Part shown: positions 1 through 9,180 of the stretch, in pieces
How positions within the stretch are numbered: position 1 is the first letter of the stretch
How the letters are laid out: each line of letters begins with the position of its first letter
Assembly: GCA_964195515.1 (NCBI GenBank)
Contig: CAXMQO010000041.1
Span: 4,368 to 68,367 of the forward strand
DNA from: an uncultured Saprospiraceae bacterium
GTDB lineage: Bacteria > Actinomycetota > Acidimicrobiia > Spongiisociales > UBA5794
Direction of reading: 5' to 3'
Length of the DNA stretch: 64,000 bases
Notes under the pieces: generated by a model
Database searches by the model: none
Told to the model about the DNA's origin: nothing
Seen by the model: the letters and a program-made list of their open reading frames with translations, nothing else
Program-made: the position numbers and the translations under genes

Positions 1-8
1 TGCACAGC

Positions 9-1724
9 ATGGAAATAGCGTTCGGAATCCTCATCTCCGTCGTTCAACTGGCTGTCTTCATCGGACTCATCGTGTTCGTCGTCAAACTCATCACCAAGCG
101 GGGGGCATCGTCAGCCGAGGGCCCCGGAGTATCGATCCGGCGCTTCTTCCAATACTCGATCATGTTGGTGATGCTGACGGTCGCCGCCTTCGGCGTGATC
201 GGACTCGTCGATGCGATCGCATCGGCAGGTACGCAGTTGACTCGAGATACGTCTGCGATTGCCCGCTCGATCGCGTTCGTCGTCGTCGGTCTTCCCGTCT
301 ACGCAGGACTCGTGGTCTACACGCGGCGCCGCCTCGCAGTGGATCCCGCCGAGGCCCGGGCAATCGGGTGGATCTTCTACCTCACCGTGGCGCTCATTGG
401 CTCGCTCATCGCCACCATGTCGTTCCTGATGGCATTCACAGGCGACCTCCTCGGCGACGGAGAGGTCAACCGCACGATGCTCATCTCATCGTTGGTTTGG
501 GGTGGGGCGTGGGCCGTTCACTGGTGGGTCGCCGCACGCAGCGCCGACTCCGATCGGATGCAGGTGCATCTCCTCCTCGGGTCGGCGACCGGATTGGTGA
601 CCCTCTCCTTGGGTGCGGGAGCCGCGATGACGGCGGCACTCAGCGAGCTGTACGACGCTCTGCTCTCCGTGACCAGCGTCGACACGGGTGTTGAGAACCT
701 GGTGCGTGGAGTCGTGCTCTTCGGGATCGGGGCCCTCGTGTGGGCCTTCTACTGGATCGGACATGCGCGCGGCACCGCGCGTACACCGACGTGGCTCACG
801 TACGTTCTGCTCGCCGGCGTACTCGGCGGTGTCGTCACGGCCGTCGTGGGCGCGGCGGCAATACTCTTCGGCATCCTCGATTGGATCATCGGGGACGTCG
901 ACGCGGCGACGGCTACCGCTCACTTCGCCTTCATGCCCGGCGCGGTCGTAGCCCTCGCGGTGGGCACCTCCCTGTGGGCCTACCACCGCTCCGTGCTCGG
1001 CGATCGCCGTAGAAGGGCTCGGACCGAGATCGACCGCGTCTACGACTATCTCCTCGCAGGCGCAGGACTGCTCGTCGCCGCCGGTGGTCTTGCGACGCTC
1101 ATCACAGTGGCATTGGAAACACTGGGAAGCCCGGAAATTGCGACGTCGGGGGGAAGCCCCAGCGCCGTCGCAATCACGCTGCTGGTGATCGGCGTCCCGC
1201 TCTGGTGGCGGCACTGGTCGACGATACGCCGCTTCCGCGCTGCCGACCCGCAGGAGGAGCTCAGATCCGTCACTCGGCGCGCCTACCTGTTCCTGTTGCT
1301 CGGCGCCGCCGGCATCGTCGCCGTCATCGATCTCCTCATCCTGGTGTTCCTCATCGTCGAGGATCTCCTAGAAGGAACGTTGAGCGCCGCGACCGTGAAC
1401 GCCGTCGCAATTCCCGTGTCGCTGTTGATCACCGCCGGGGCGGTGGCCTGGTATCACTTCACGGTGTTCCGCGAAGATCGGTCGATCACACCGCAGGTGA
1501 AGGCCGCGGTAGTGCGAGAGATCATCGTCGTCGGCAGCGACGAGGTCGGCGCGGCGATCACTTCCGGAACGGGAGTACGCGTGGTCCAATTGCGGGCAGT
1601 TGACCAGTCGACGGAGGTGGCGACGATCGATGACGTCCTGGGCCTGCTTGATGTCGAAACGCACGAACGGATCGTGGTCGTGGCCGAGGACGGGGGATTC
1701 AGGTTGCTGCCCATCGCGAACTGA
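9..1724 (+). CDS. polytopic integral membrane protein with tandem two-helix repeats and a soluble C-terminal domain
   Basis: 571 aa ORF with at least 12 hydrophobic segments. An aromatic/basic punctuation recurs about every 77 aa (WAVHWWVAARS, WAFYWIGHARG, LWAYHRSVLGDRRRR, LWWRHWSTIRRF, VAWYHFTVFRED). The last ~80 aa are hydrophilic. The upstream context lies outside the window. Confidence 0.6.
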   Translation: MEIAFGILISVVQLAVFIGLIVFVVKLITKRGASSAEGPGVSIRRFFQYSIMLVMLTVAAFGVIGLVDAIASAGTQLTRDTSAIARSIAFVVVGLPVYAGLVVYTRRRLAVDPAEARAIGWIFYLTVALIGSLIATMSFLMAFTGDLLGDGEVNRTMLISSLVWGGAWAVHWWVAARSADSDRMQVHLLLGSATGLVTLSLGAGAAMTAALSELYDALLSVTSVDTGVENLVRGVVLFGIGALVWAFYWIGHARGTARTPTWLTYVLLAGVLGGVVTAVVGAAAILFGILDWIIGDVDAATATAHFAFMPGAVVALAVGTSLWAYHRSVLGDRRRRARTEIDRVYDYLLAGAGLLVAAGGLATLITVALETLGSPEIATSGGSPSAVAITLLVIGVPLWWRHWSTIRRFRAADPQEELRSVTRRAYLFLLLGAAGIVAVIDLLILVFLIVEDLLEGTLSAATVNAVAIPVSLLITAGAVAWYHFTVFREDRSITPQVKAAVVREIIVVGSDEVGAAITSGTGVRVVQLRAVDQSTEVATIDDVLGLLDVETHERIVVVAEDGGFRLLPIAN

Positions 1725-1886
1725 TGCGATGCCGGGCAACGCAGCGGCCGGGCCTTGACACACGCTCCCCGTCGACCAATCGATGACCCTGCCGAGGCGT
1801 TGAGACAACCGGAGTCTTGTCAGCACTGCCGGGGCGCATCACCCATCGTTCGGGTGTCCGGTCCAGAGGAGGAACGCCACACTTCC

Positions 1887-2522
1887 TCAGCAAGGTCCCC
1901 GGCTCCGGGCGGTGAACAAGCCGACCCGGTACGTCAGTCGGGTCGGCGGCGTTCGTCCGACGTCCCCGAAGTAGAACGTCAGCAGCCGGAGTGCGTCTTC
2001 TGTCGTTTCGAACGCGAACTCGGTTTCGATCATCTCGAGGGAGAACCCCTGCTTCGCCCAGAAGGCGGCATCCGCGGTGATGTCGGAAGGCGCCAGGGCA
2101 CAGAATTCGTCTCCGCCCAGATTCTCGGCGATCACCAGCGGTGCCCCGCAACGCACAGTTCGATGTAATTCTGCGATGCCTGGCGTCGGATCGAACCCGC
2201 GAGAGAAGAAGTACGCCCACGTGGCATAGGCACCGTCAAAGGCGCCGTCGCGGAATGGGAGCGCCTCGGCGTCCGCCTGCACCCACGTGAGCGGACCAGT
2301 CAGGTTGATCATGCGGCTTGCCGGCTCGACAGCGATAACCCTCCGGCCCCGTGTCGTCAGACGCTCCGCGGTGAACCCGTCGCCGGCGCCGACGTCGAGG
2401 ACGGTCCCGCGAGGCAGAAGGTCGTTCAGTCGATCGATGACCAAGCCCGGGTGGTCCATCGCTGCCCGCTCAATCGCGAAGAGGCCGGGGTGTTCAGCGC
2501 CGTAGAATGGGATGACGGACAT
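1887..2522 (-). CDS. class I SAM-dependent methyltransferase
   Basis: Part of ORF 1887..2588. Start trimmed to ATG 2522, which has GGAGGA 8 nt upstream and lies 4 nt after the arfB stop. Motif I reads VLDVGAGDG. Confidence 0.75.
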   Translation of the reverse strand: MSVIPFYGAEHPGLFAIERAAMDHPGLVIDRLNDLLPRGTVLDVGAGDGFTAERLTTRGRRVIAVEPASRMINLTGPLTWVQADAEALPFRDGAFDGAYATWAYFFSRGFDPTPGIAELHRTVRCGAPLVIAENLGGDEFCALAPSDITADAAFWAKQGFSLEMIETEFAFETTEDALRLLTFYFGDVGRTPPTRLTYRVGLFTARSRGPC

Positions 2523-2526
2523 CGGA

Positions 2527-2946
2527 TCAGTCCTCCGAAGCGGGTCGCCTGCGGAGCGACTTCGTGCGCGACCTCGCCCTCTTCTCATCGATCCGCCGCC
2601 GGCGAGCTGCCCGGCTCGGCCGCGTTCTGCGACGCCTGGGCGGGTCAGACTTCAGGGCACTTCCGATCCGATCGGCGAGCCGTTGCCGGGCAATTTGGCG
2701 ATTCCGCCACTGGGATCTCGTCTCGTCGACGATGACCGTGACCACACCCTCGGTAGCGAGACGTGTAAGCACCCGCTGCCGGGTCTCGTCATCGAAGGCC
2801 CGGGAGGCCCCTACATCGAAGCGTAGTTCGGCGCGCGTCGACGACCGATTGGCATGCTGGCCGCCCGGACCGCCCGTCGGCGAGAAGGTCCAGACCAGTT
2901 CGCCCGCCGGGATCGTGATCGCGTCGGAGATCTTCAGGTCGTCCAC
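2527..2946 (-). CDS. arfB: alternative ribosome-rescue factor ArfB (peptidyl-tRNA hydrolase, GGQ domain)
   Basis: 139 aa with a GGQ motif in GGPGGQHANRSST and a long Arg/Lys-rich C-terminal tail, as in ArfB/YaeJ. Confidence 0.85.
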   Translation of the reverse strand: MDDLKISDAITIPAGELVWTFSPTGGPGGQHANRSSTRAELRFDVGASRAFDDETRQRVLTRLATEGVVTVIVDETRSQWRNRQIARQRLADRIGSALKSDPPRRRRTRPSRAARRRRIDEKRARSRTKSLRRRPASED

Positions 2947-3022
2947 GCACCCACCGTACCGCGAACCGTGGCGAGAACCTTCCCCGTTACAGGGTTGACG
3001 GGCGTCGTATGCTCATAGGTTC

Positions 3023-5239
3023 ATGCGCGCGCACAACGAAACGTTTCTGGAGGAGATTCTTCCACCCGAAGACCGGGTGATCGAAGCCGTCGTCGCGCGC
3101 TACCAGCGGGTCGCCCCGGCGGTGACCCGTTTCGCCCGCAGCATCGCAGGGAACGACGAACTGCGGGTCCGCCTCGGATCCAAGGCGTCCGCGTCGAAGG
3201 ATGAGATCGTCATCAACCCGGGCGTCTTCCAAGCCGCGTACGCGCGGAGTGCTCCGGTTACTCCGACGGAGGTCGCGCTGACGTCGGCGTTGCACGAGGC
3301 CATCCACCTCATCGCCACCGATTTCGACGAAGAACGTCCGATCCCCGAATCGTGGCTGGCCCACCGGCGCACCCTCGACGACGACGGCGCTGAACCCCCA
3401 CCGCTCGCCGAACTCACCTCATACGACTGGATCGAGCCGGAAGCCGAATTCGCTGACGACACCGCCCCCCACCCTCTCGACGATCTGTTCGAACCCGACC
3501 ATCCCCCGACAAGTGGGTCCGTCACGGTCCTCGACGCGCTCCACACGGTCGCGGGTCCTGCCGCTGAAGCGATGTTCCTGTCACTCGAAGATGCGCGACA
3601 GGAACAGCGCCACCTTGCACCGTACCCGGGCGCCCGCTCCGTGCTCTCCGACCTCTACCGCGCCGCTGTGCCGGGAGCGGCGGCCAATGCCAGGCCCCTC
3701 GGCCAGTTCGCGCTCGCGTGTTTCCTCATCGTCGGCGGCTACTTCGACCGGGACGACCTCCAACGCCGCGTGGCGCCGCACGTCGCGCTCGCCCTTGATG
3801 ATGCCGTGCCGTTCCTCGATGCCGTCACAGAGTTGGACGACCCTTGGTCCGTGGGGGGCGTCGCCCTGCAACTCATCGAGGTCGCACGAATGCACGGTCT
3901 CCTCACAGAAGGGGCCGCCGCCGACTCGTCCGTCGGACGCAGAACGGAGATGGCTGCAGATCAGATGACGATCGCCGAGAGCGTCGACGCCGTGCGGATC
4001 GTCACCCCTCCCCTCGCTGATCGCGACGGGTACGAGGAGACCCGGAACGCGGCGCAGACGGTCTCGGCCGAGCATGGGCGGCACGGTGAGGCCGACCAGG
4101 CCGGCGACCCGGCAACCGATCAGCTGATGAAGGTGTCGACGGCTCCGACCGTCTATCTGCCGACCGGGCAGGCAGGGAAACTCATCGTCAGCGATTTCCC
4201 GGTCGAGTTCCGCCGGTTCGCCCACCAGGGCCGTGACCTGCTCGAGATCGCCACCCGGGAGTGGGGCGTTGCTCAGCGCCGTGTCTCCGGCGAGCTCTAC
4301 CCGCTCTTCCTGGCGAATCAGCGGCGTGGATTGCGCACCGGTTTCGACGCCGGAGACCTCTCCCCGTACACGCCGCTCCTCCTCGGAGCAGGGCTGTACG
4401 AGCGTATGTTCGAACGACGGGACCTTCCGAATCGCCGCTCGTACGGCGTGAGCCTGCTCGTGGACGGATCCGCGTCGATGCTCCAACCCCGAGAGGTTCG
4501 GGGGGGACGGAAACGGCCGTGGGCCCTGGCCGCTGCGACCCTTGGCGCCTGGACACTCGCCCGCCTGGCCGACGAACTCCAGATCGAATTCGAAGTGGCC
4601 ATCTTCAATCGCGGGTTCGTTGCCGCCGCGGGAGACACGGAGCGATCATTCACCGAGCGGAGAGCCCGCGCCACCGGAGCGCTTCGGCGCGCACAAGGCG
4701 GCGCAGCCGAGAGGCTCACCCGCACCGTGAACCACTACGTCGTCAAGTCCTTCGCCTCACGCTGGCGAGCTGCAGAGGATGCGCTCGCAGGACTCTTCTG
4801 GATGGCCGCGGCGCCGCAAGAGGCTGCCAAGGAAGCGAGGAAGGACCCGGATGCGGCACCCCCGTTGTCGATGTTCGACAAAGCCGCCAACGTTGACGAG
4901 TTCAATCTGGCTCACGCCGCCGAGCGACTCTCAGCCCGCAATGTCTCGCACCGCATCATCGTCGTCCTCGCCGACGGGATGACCCGCGGGTCGGTGGAAG
5001 CGCTCGCCGAGACCGCGGCGTCGATCGAGCGCGGCGGGACGATGGTCCTCGGTATCGGTATCGGCGACGAGACCGTTCAAGCCGCGTACGCCCGCAACCA
5101 GGTCGTCGAACACCCCGAGACACTTGCACCTGCGATGGTCGACGGCGTTCGGTCGGCGCTCATGCGTTCGATCGCCGGCGGGGGCGGGGATACGTGGTGG
5201 GCCCACGCGACCGAGAAGATCACACAACACACGAGCTGA
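3023..5239 (+). CDS. CobT/DUF2201-like protein: N-terminal HExxH metallopeptidase-like region plus C-terminal von Willebrand factor A domain
   Basis: 738 aa. HEAIH is at nt 3293-3307. The vWA MIDAS reads LLVDGSASM (DGSAS at nt 4463-4477), followed later by VVLADGMT. Its stop lies 8 nt before the AAA+ gene start. Confidence 0.7.
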   Translation: MRAHNETFLEEILPPEDRVIEAVVARYQRVAPAVTRFARSIAGNDELRVRLGSKASASKDEIVINPGVFQAAYARSAPVTPTEVALTSALHEAIHLIATDFDEERPIPESWLAHRRTLDDDGAEPPPLAELTSYDWIEPEAEFADDTAPHPLDDLFEPDHPPTSGSVTVLDALHTVAGPAAEAMFLSLEDARQEQRHLAPYPGARSVLSDLYRAAVPGAAANARPLGQFALACFLIVGGYFDRDDLQRRVAPHVALALDDAVPFLDAVTELDDPWSVGGVALQLIEVARMHGLLTEGAAADSSVGRRTEMAADQMTIAESVDAVRIVTPPLADRDGYEETRNAAQTVSAEHGRHGEADQAGDPATDQLMKVSTAPTVYLPTGQAGKLIVSDFPVEFRRFAHQGRDLLEIATREWGVAQRRVSGELYPLFLANQRRGLRTGFDAGDLSPYTPLLLGAGLYERMFERRDLPNRRSYGVSLLVDGSASMLQPREVRGGRKRPWALAAATLGAWTLARLADELQIEFEVAIFNRGFVAAAGDTERSFTERRARATGALRRAQGGAAERLTRTVNHYVVKSFASRWRAAEDALAGLFWMAAAPQEAAKEARKDPDAAPPLSMFDKAANVDEFNLAHAAERLSARNVSHRIIVVLADGMTRGSVEALAETAASIERGGTMVLGIGIGDETVQAAYARNQVVEHPETLAPAMVDGVRSALMRSIAGGGGDTWWAHATEKITQHTS

Positions 5240-5247
5240 GGAGCAGC

Positions 5248-6240
5248 ATGTCAGACACCGTCACCTTCGACGACCCGCTGGGGATCGGCGTACCGATCAC
5301 CCTCACGAGGGCATCGATCCCGGAAGATCTCCCTGACGCGGAGATCCGCAGCGATCACATCCCGGAACCCGACCCGTACTACGTCGATCTCGGCATGCTC
5401 TACCGCCTCGCCGCTCTCGAACAGGTCAGGAAACGACGGTTCACGGGCATCCCGCTCCACCTTGCCCTGCGCGGCCACATGGGGACAGGGAAGGACCATG
5501 ACCTCGAGCAGTTCGCCGCCATCCTCGGCCTCCCGTACTACCGGATCCCCCTCACCGGTGAGGTTCGTGACATCACCCTCATCGGTTCGGTCAAGCTCCA
5601 CGGCGACGGGAAGGGTGGGACCGAGAGCCGATGGGAGGACGGCGACATCACCCGGGCGCTTCGAGGTCCATCGCTCGTAAACCTCTCCGAACTGAACGCG
5701 GCCGGTGCCGAAACCCTCTTCGCCCTCCACGGCCTCCTCGATCGACACCAGGCGTTGGAACTGCCGACGGGCGAGATGGTGCGACTCCGCACCGATGTCC
5801 GGATCTTCGGAACGCTGAACCCCACCGATCTCCGCGACTACGCCGGGACACAGACACTCAACAAAGCGTTCTCCGACCGCTGGATCATCTGGGAGAAGCA
5901 GTTTCCGTCCGAGGACGAACTGCGCTTGATGATCGAACGTCGCCACCCGACGATGCGGACCGAACTGGTCGAATTCGTTTCGAAACTCGCGGTCGAGATC
6001 AACGAGTCGTTCGTCGCCGGTGACGCCAGGACGCGCGTTGAGACGCCGATGAGTCTTCGCACCGTGCTCGACCGAATCCCTGCCGGTCTTGACATGTACG
6101 GCGCAGCCGAGGATCCGTTGCGCCGGGCGTGGGAGGAGTTCGTACTTCCACACATCGACCCGTACGATCGGGACCACTATGAAACCGTCTGGTCGGCCGT
6201 TGTGCGCCGCGGGCCGTCGGGCGATCCGTTCTCGGGATAG
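5248..6240 (+). CDS. CobS-like AAA+ (AAA_5/MoxR-type) ATPase with atypical Walker motifs
   Basis: Start trimmed to ATG 5248 (GAGGAG 4 nt upstream). Colinear from memory with CobS (RGxxGTGK ... LVFDEYDAG ... FATANP). Here Walker A reads GHMGTGKD (nt 5473-5496) and the Walker B position reads LVNLSE (Ser at nt 5686-5688). Confidence 0.75.
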   Translation: MSDTVTFDDPLGIGVPITLTRASIPEDLPDAEIRSDHIPEPDPYYVDLGMLYRLAALEQVRKRRFTGIPLHLALRGHMGTGKDHDLEQFAAILGLPYYRIPLTGEVRDITLIGSVKLHGDGKGGTESRWEDGDITRALRGPSLVNLSELNAAGAETLFALHGLLDRHQALELPTGEMVRLRTDVRIFGTLNPTDLRDYAGTQTLNKAFSDRWIIWEKQFPSEDELRLMIERRHPTMRTELVEFVSKLAVEINESFVAGDARTRVETPMSLRTVLDRIPAGLDMYGAAEDPLRRAWEEFVLPHIDPYDRDHYETVWSAVVRRGPSGDPFSG

Positions 6241-6249
6241 GAGGAAACC

Positions 6250-6735
6250 GTGCCGTCATTCGACATCGTCTCACAGGTCGACATGCAGGAAGTCCGCAAC
6301 GCCGTCGATCAGTCGATGAGAGAGGTCGTCAATCGCTACGACTTCAAGGGCACCGATACGCGAATCGAGTTGACCGATGAGGGCATCACCGTCGAGTCGG
6401 CGTCAGACCACCGGGTCGAGGCCGCCATCGACGTCCTCAAGACCAAACTCGTCAAACGCAAGGTGTCGCTCAAATCGATCGCCGGTGGTGAGATCAAACC
6501 GGTCGGCGGCAGTCGCTCCCGTGCCGATTTCACCCTGAACCAGGGCATCGCCCAGGACGACGCGAGGGCGCTCTCGAAGCAGATCCGGGACATGAAGCTG
6601 AAGGCCCAGGCCCAGATCCAGGGCGATCAGCTGCGGGTTCAGGCCAAGAAGCGCGACGACCTACAGACGGTCATCGCTGAGATCAAGGCCCTCGATTTTC
6701 ATGTCCCTCTCCAGTTCGTCAACTACCGCGACTGA
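6250..6735 (+). CDS. yajQ: YajQ-family nucleotide / cyclic-di-GMP-binding protein (UPF0234)
   Basis: 161 aa. The N-terminus MPSFDIVSQVDMQEVRNAVDQ and the length are typical of YajQ. GTG start with GGAGGA 5 nt upstream, only 9 nt after the AAA+ stop. Confidence 0.9.
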   Translation: MPSFDIVSQVDMQEVRNAVDQSMREVVNRYDFKGTDTRIELTDEGITVESASDHRVEAAIDVLKTKLVKRKVSLKSIAGGEIKPVGGSRSRADFTLNQGIAQDDARALSKQIRDMKLKAQAQIQGDQLRVQAKKRDDLQTVIAEIKALDFHVPLQFVNYRD

Positions 6736-7025
6736 CGCGAATCGTCGTGCAAGTCGGCGGAAACCAGAGCGGCTATGAGGACGACGCGGGCCGGCGGAGA
6801 CGGCCAATCGCCCGGGAGTTCCTCACCCGGATTGATGTTCCCGCGTCGTCCAACTAACTCGTTATCGGAAGGCCTATCCAGCGGACCTCGACGGCATCAC
6901 GTCACTCCGGTCCAGTCACGTGTTCATAGGTGCCATTCTCTGAGCACCCTCCTTCCGTCGTCGCTGACGCTCCTCCGCGTCCACGCGTCCTACGGCCGAG
7001 ACGAGAGGAACGGACTGGAAATTGC

Positions 7026-8156
7026 CTACTCCAGGACGAAGATATTCCGCTCGGCGCACATGTCTTTGAGGATCTGGGGCCACACGGTCACCGACACCTC
7101 ACCGATGTGAGCCTTGCGCAGCAGGTACATGTAGGTCCTCGACTGGCCGATGCCTCCGCCGATCGACAGAGGAATCTCGTCGTTCAGGATCGCCTGGTGA
7201 TAGGGCAGATCGAGGAAGTCCAACTGGCCGGTCATCTCGAGCTGCTGTTGGAGCGTCTCCTTCGTGACCCGAACGCCCATCGATGTGAGCTCATGACGAC
7301 GCTTGGTGACCGGGTTCCACACGAGAATGTCCCCGTTGAGCCCATGCATCGGTCGCCCATCGACTGAGACCGTCTCGGTGACCCAGTCGTCGTAGTCCGC
7401 GGCTCGCATCTCGTGCGGATAGCCGTCTTCGAGCGTCCATCCGATGCCGTAGATGAAGACCGCCGGATGCTCCTGGAGGATCGCCGTCTCCCTCTCCTTG
7501 CGGGGCAGATCCGGATATCGGGCAAGCAGGTCCTCGGCGTGGATGAAATACAACTCCTCAGGGATCGCGGGATACCGCGGGTCGTAGAGTTGCGGGAACA
7601 GCTCCAGCGCATGGCGGGAAGCGCCGAAGAGCACCTTCCAGATCCGCTGTACCGTCTCGGTGAGGTACTCGAGCGTTCGGTCGTCGGGGCGGATCACCTT
7701 CTCCCAGTCCCACTGGTCAACGTAGGACGAGTGGTCATGGTCGAGGAAGTAGTCCTTACGAACCGCCTTCATGTCGGTGCAGATGCCCTCGCCCGGCCGC
7801 ATCCCGAACTGTTCCAGGGCCATGCGCTTCCACTTCGTGGCTGCTTGGACCACCTGGGCGTCGATCGGGTGGAAGTCATGGTCGTTGCTGATGTGAAATT
7901 CGACCGGTCCCCTCGACCCGTCCCGATCGAGGTTGTCGTTGACGCCGCTGAGCGAGTCGACGATGAGCGGGACCTGCACCATCATCAAACCGAGTTCGCG
8001 GCACAGGTGCTCCTCGATGTAAGCCTTGACCGCGAAGACCGCCTCCATCGTCTCGCGGCTGCTCAATGCCGATACGTAGTCATCGGGAAGTGCGTGAACC
8101 AGGTCGTCGTAGCTCCCGATGCCGGGTCCTGCAAGGTCGGCGGTCTTGTCTGCCAT
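7026..8156 (-). CDS. asnA: aspartate--ammonia ligase (asparagine synthetase A)
   Basis: Colinear with E. coli AsnA from memory (KWKR, YVDQWDWEKV, RYPDL, GLNGDILVWNPV, SMGIRV-like, IGGGIGQSR). Start trimmed to ATG 8156, which has AGGAGG 8 nt upstream. Confidence 0.85.
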   Translation of the reverse strand: MADKTADLAGPGIGSYDDLVHALPDDYVSALSSRETMEAVFAVKAYIEEHLCRELGLMMVQVPLIVDSLSGVNDNLDRDGSRGPVEFHISNDHDFHPIDAQVVQAATKWKRMALEQFGMRPGEGICTDMKAVRKDYFLDHDHSSYVDQWDWEKVIRPDDRTLEYLTETVQRIWKVLFGASRHALELFPQLYDPRYPAIPEELYFIHAEDLLARYPDLPRKERETAILQEHPAVFIYGIGWTLEDGYPHEMRAADYDDWVTETVSVDGRPMHGLNGDILVWNPVTKRRHELTSMGVRVTKETLQQQLEMTGQLDFLDLPYHQAILNDEIPLSIGGGIGQSRTYMYLLRKAHIGEVSVTVWPQILKDMCAERNIFVLE

Positions 8157-8268
8157 GGCTTGCGCCTCCTGCGGTGTCAACTCCGATCCTCATGCACCGT
8201 ATCCCCGCGAGCGGAGTCGTCATAGGGGCCGGAGGCTCTACGGGCAGGGGCTTTCGGCGGTAAAGGCC

Positions 8269-9180
8269 TCACGTTGAGATTGGCTTGGTGTACCCGTCGA
8301 GGAGGTACCAGGGCGTGAATCCGACGCTTCCGTAGAGAGCGCGGGATCCGTCGTTCGACCCCTCGTTGACCACGGTGGCGTACTCCATTCCGCCGGCTGC
8401 CATCGCCCTCATGGCGAAGAGGAGGAGCGCCTTGCCGAGACCCCTGCGTCGATAGTCGCTGTGGGTTCCGACCGGTTCGAAGAGACCTGTGCGGTTCAGG
8501 TGGTCGTGCCATGTGACGGTGAACGCGGCGAGTGCCCCGTTGGAGGCCTCGACGACGAACTCTCGCTCGCCGGCGTAGCCCGGCAGTTGCATGACCTTCG
8601 CATACATCTCAGGCGTCCAGGTCGATCCGAACGATCCCGCGTGCACCTCGGCAAGGGCAGCTGCCTCCTCGATCCCGCGCACGGCTCGGATCGTGTAGCC
8701 GTCTGGTACCTCAGGGTCGGCCAATTCCGAGAGCCGAACCCGGTTGAGCACCCACGGCGGCTCGCCATCGGCCATCCATCCCATTTCGATGAGCAATGCC
8801 ACCCGGGCGGTGTCACAACGGTACGCCTCGCCATCGAATCGGTCACCCTTGATCCCATGGCGGCGCATCACGTTTCGCGTTTCACTCTCGGCGTACTCCA
8901 ACACCTCGCGCTCGAATACCGGAGACCGAAGATCGGGACGAACCTGGGCGTCGTAGCCCGCGTGACGCGGAGACACCAGGACCCACGCATCAACTCGCCC
9001 GTTGGTCTCCCAGATGGTGAGCACCTCGGCAGGGTCGAACAGCTTGTTCCCGTTGAAGAGCCGATGAGCGACATCCCCGGGGTGGATGAACCCACAGCCA
9101 CCGGTCTCGGCGATCGCTGCGGCGTTGAACGACTGAAGCAACGCCACGTCTTCCGCGTCCCGGTACCGCCGGCTATCCAT
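8269..9180 (-). CDS. two-domain GNAT N-acetyltransferase (MshD-like architecture)
   Basis: Part of ORF 8269..9324. Start trimmed to ATG 9180, which overlaps the upstream HAD stop (ATGGATAG). The C-terminal GNAT motif reads RRRGLGKALLL. The length (~304 aa) fits a tandem GNAT. Confidence 0.65.
   Translation of the reverse strand: MDSRRYRDAEDVALLQSFNAAAIAETGGCGFIHPGDVAHRLFNGNKLFDPAEVLTIWETNGRVDAWVLVSPRHAGYDAQVRPDLRSPVFEREVLEYAESETRNVMRRHGIKGDRFDGEAYRCDTARVALLIEMGWMADGEPPWVLNRVRLSELADPEVPDGYTIRAVRGIEEAAALAEVHAGSFGSTWTPEMYAKVMQLPGYAGEREFVVEASNGALAAFTVTWHDHLNRTGLFEPVGTHSDYRRRGLGKALLLFAMRAMAAGGMEYATVVNEGSNDGSRALYGSVGFTPWYLLDGYTKPIST

Noticed and set aside
2995-3021. A TTGACG-N15-TAGGTT promoter directly upstream of the vWA gene ATG.
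   Set aside because: The spacer is short, and the -10 candidate ends only 1 nt before the ATG. This geometry fits neither a leadered nor a leaderless transcript.
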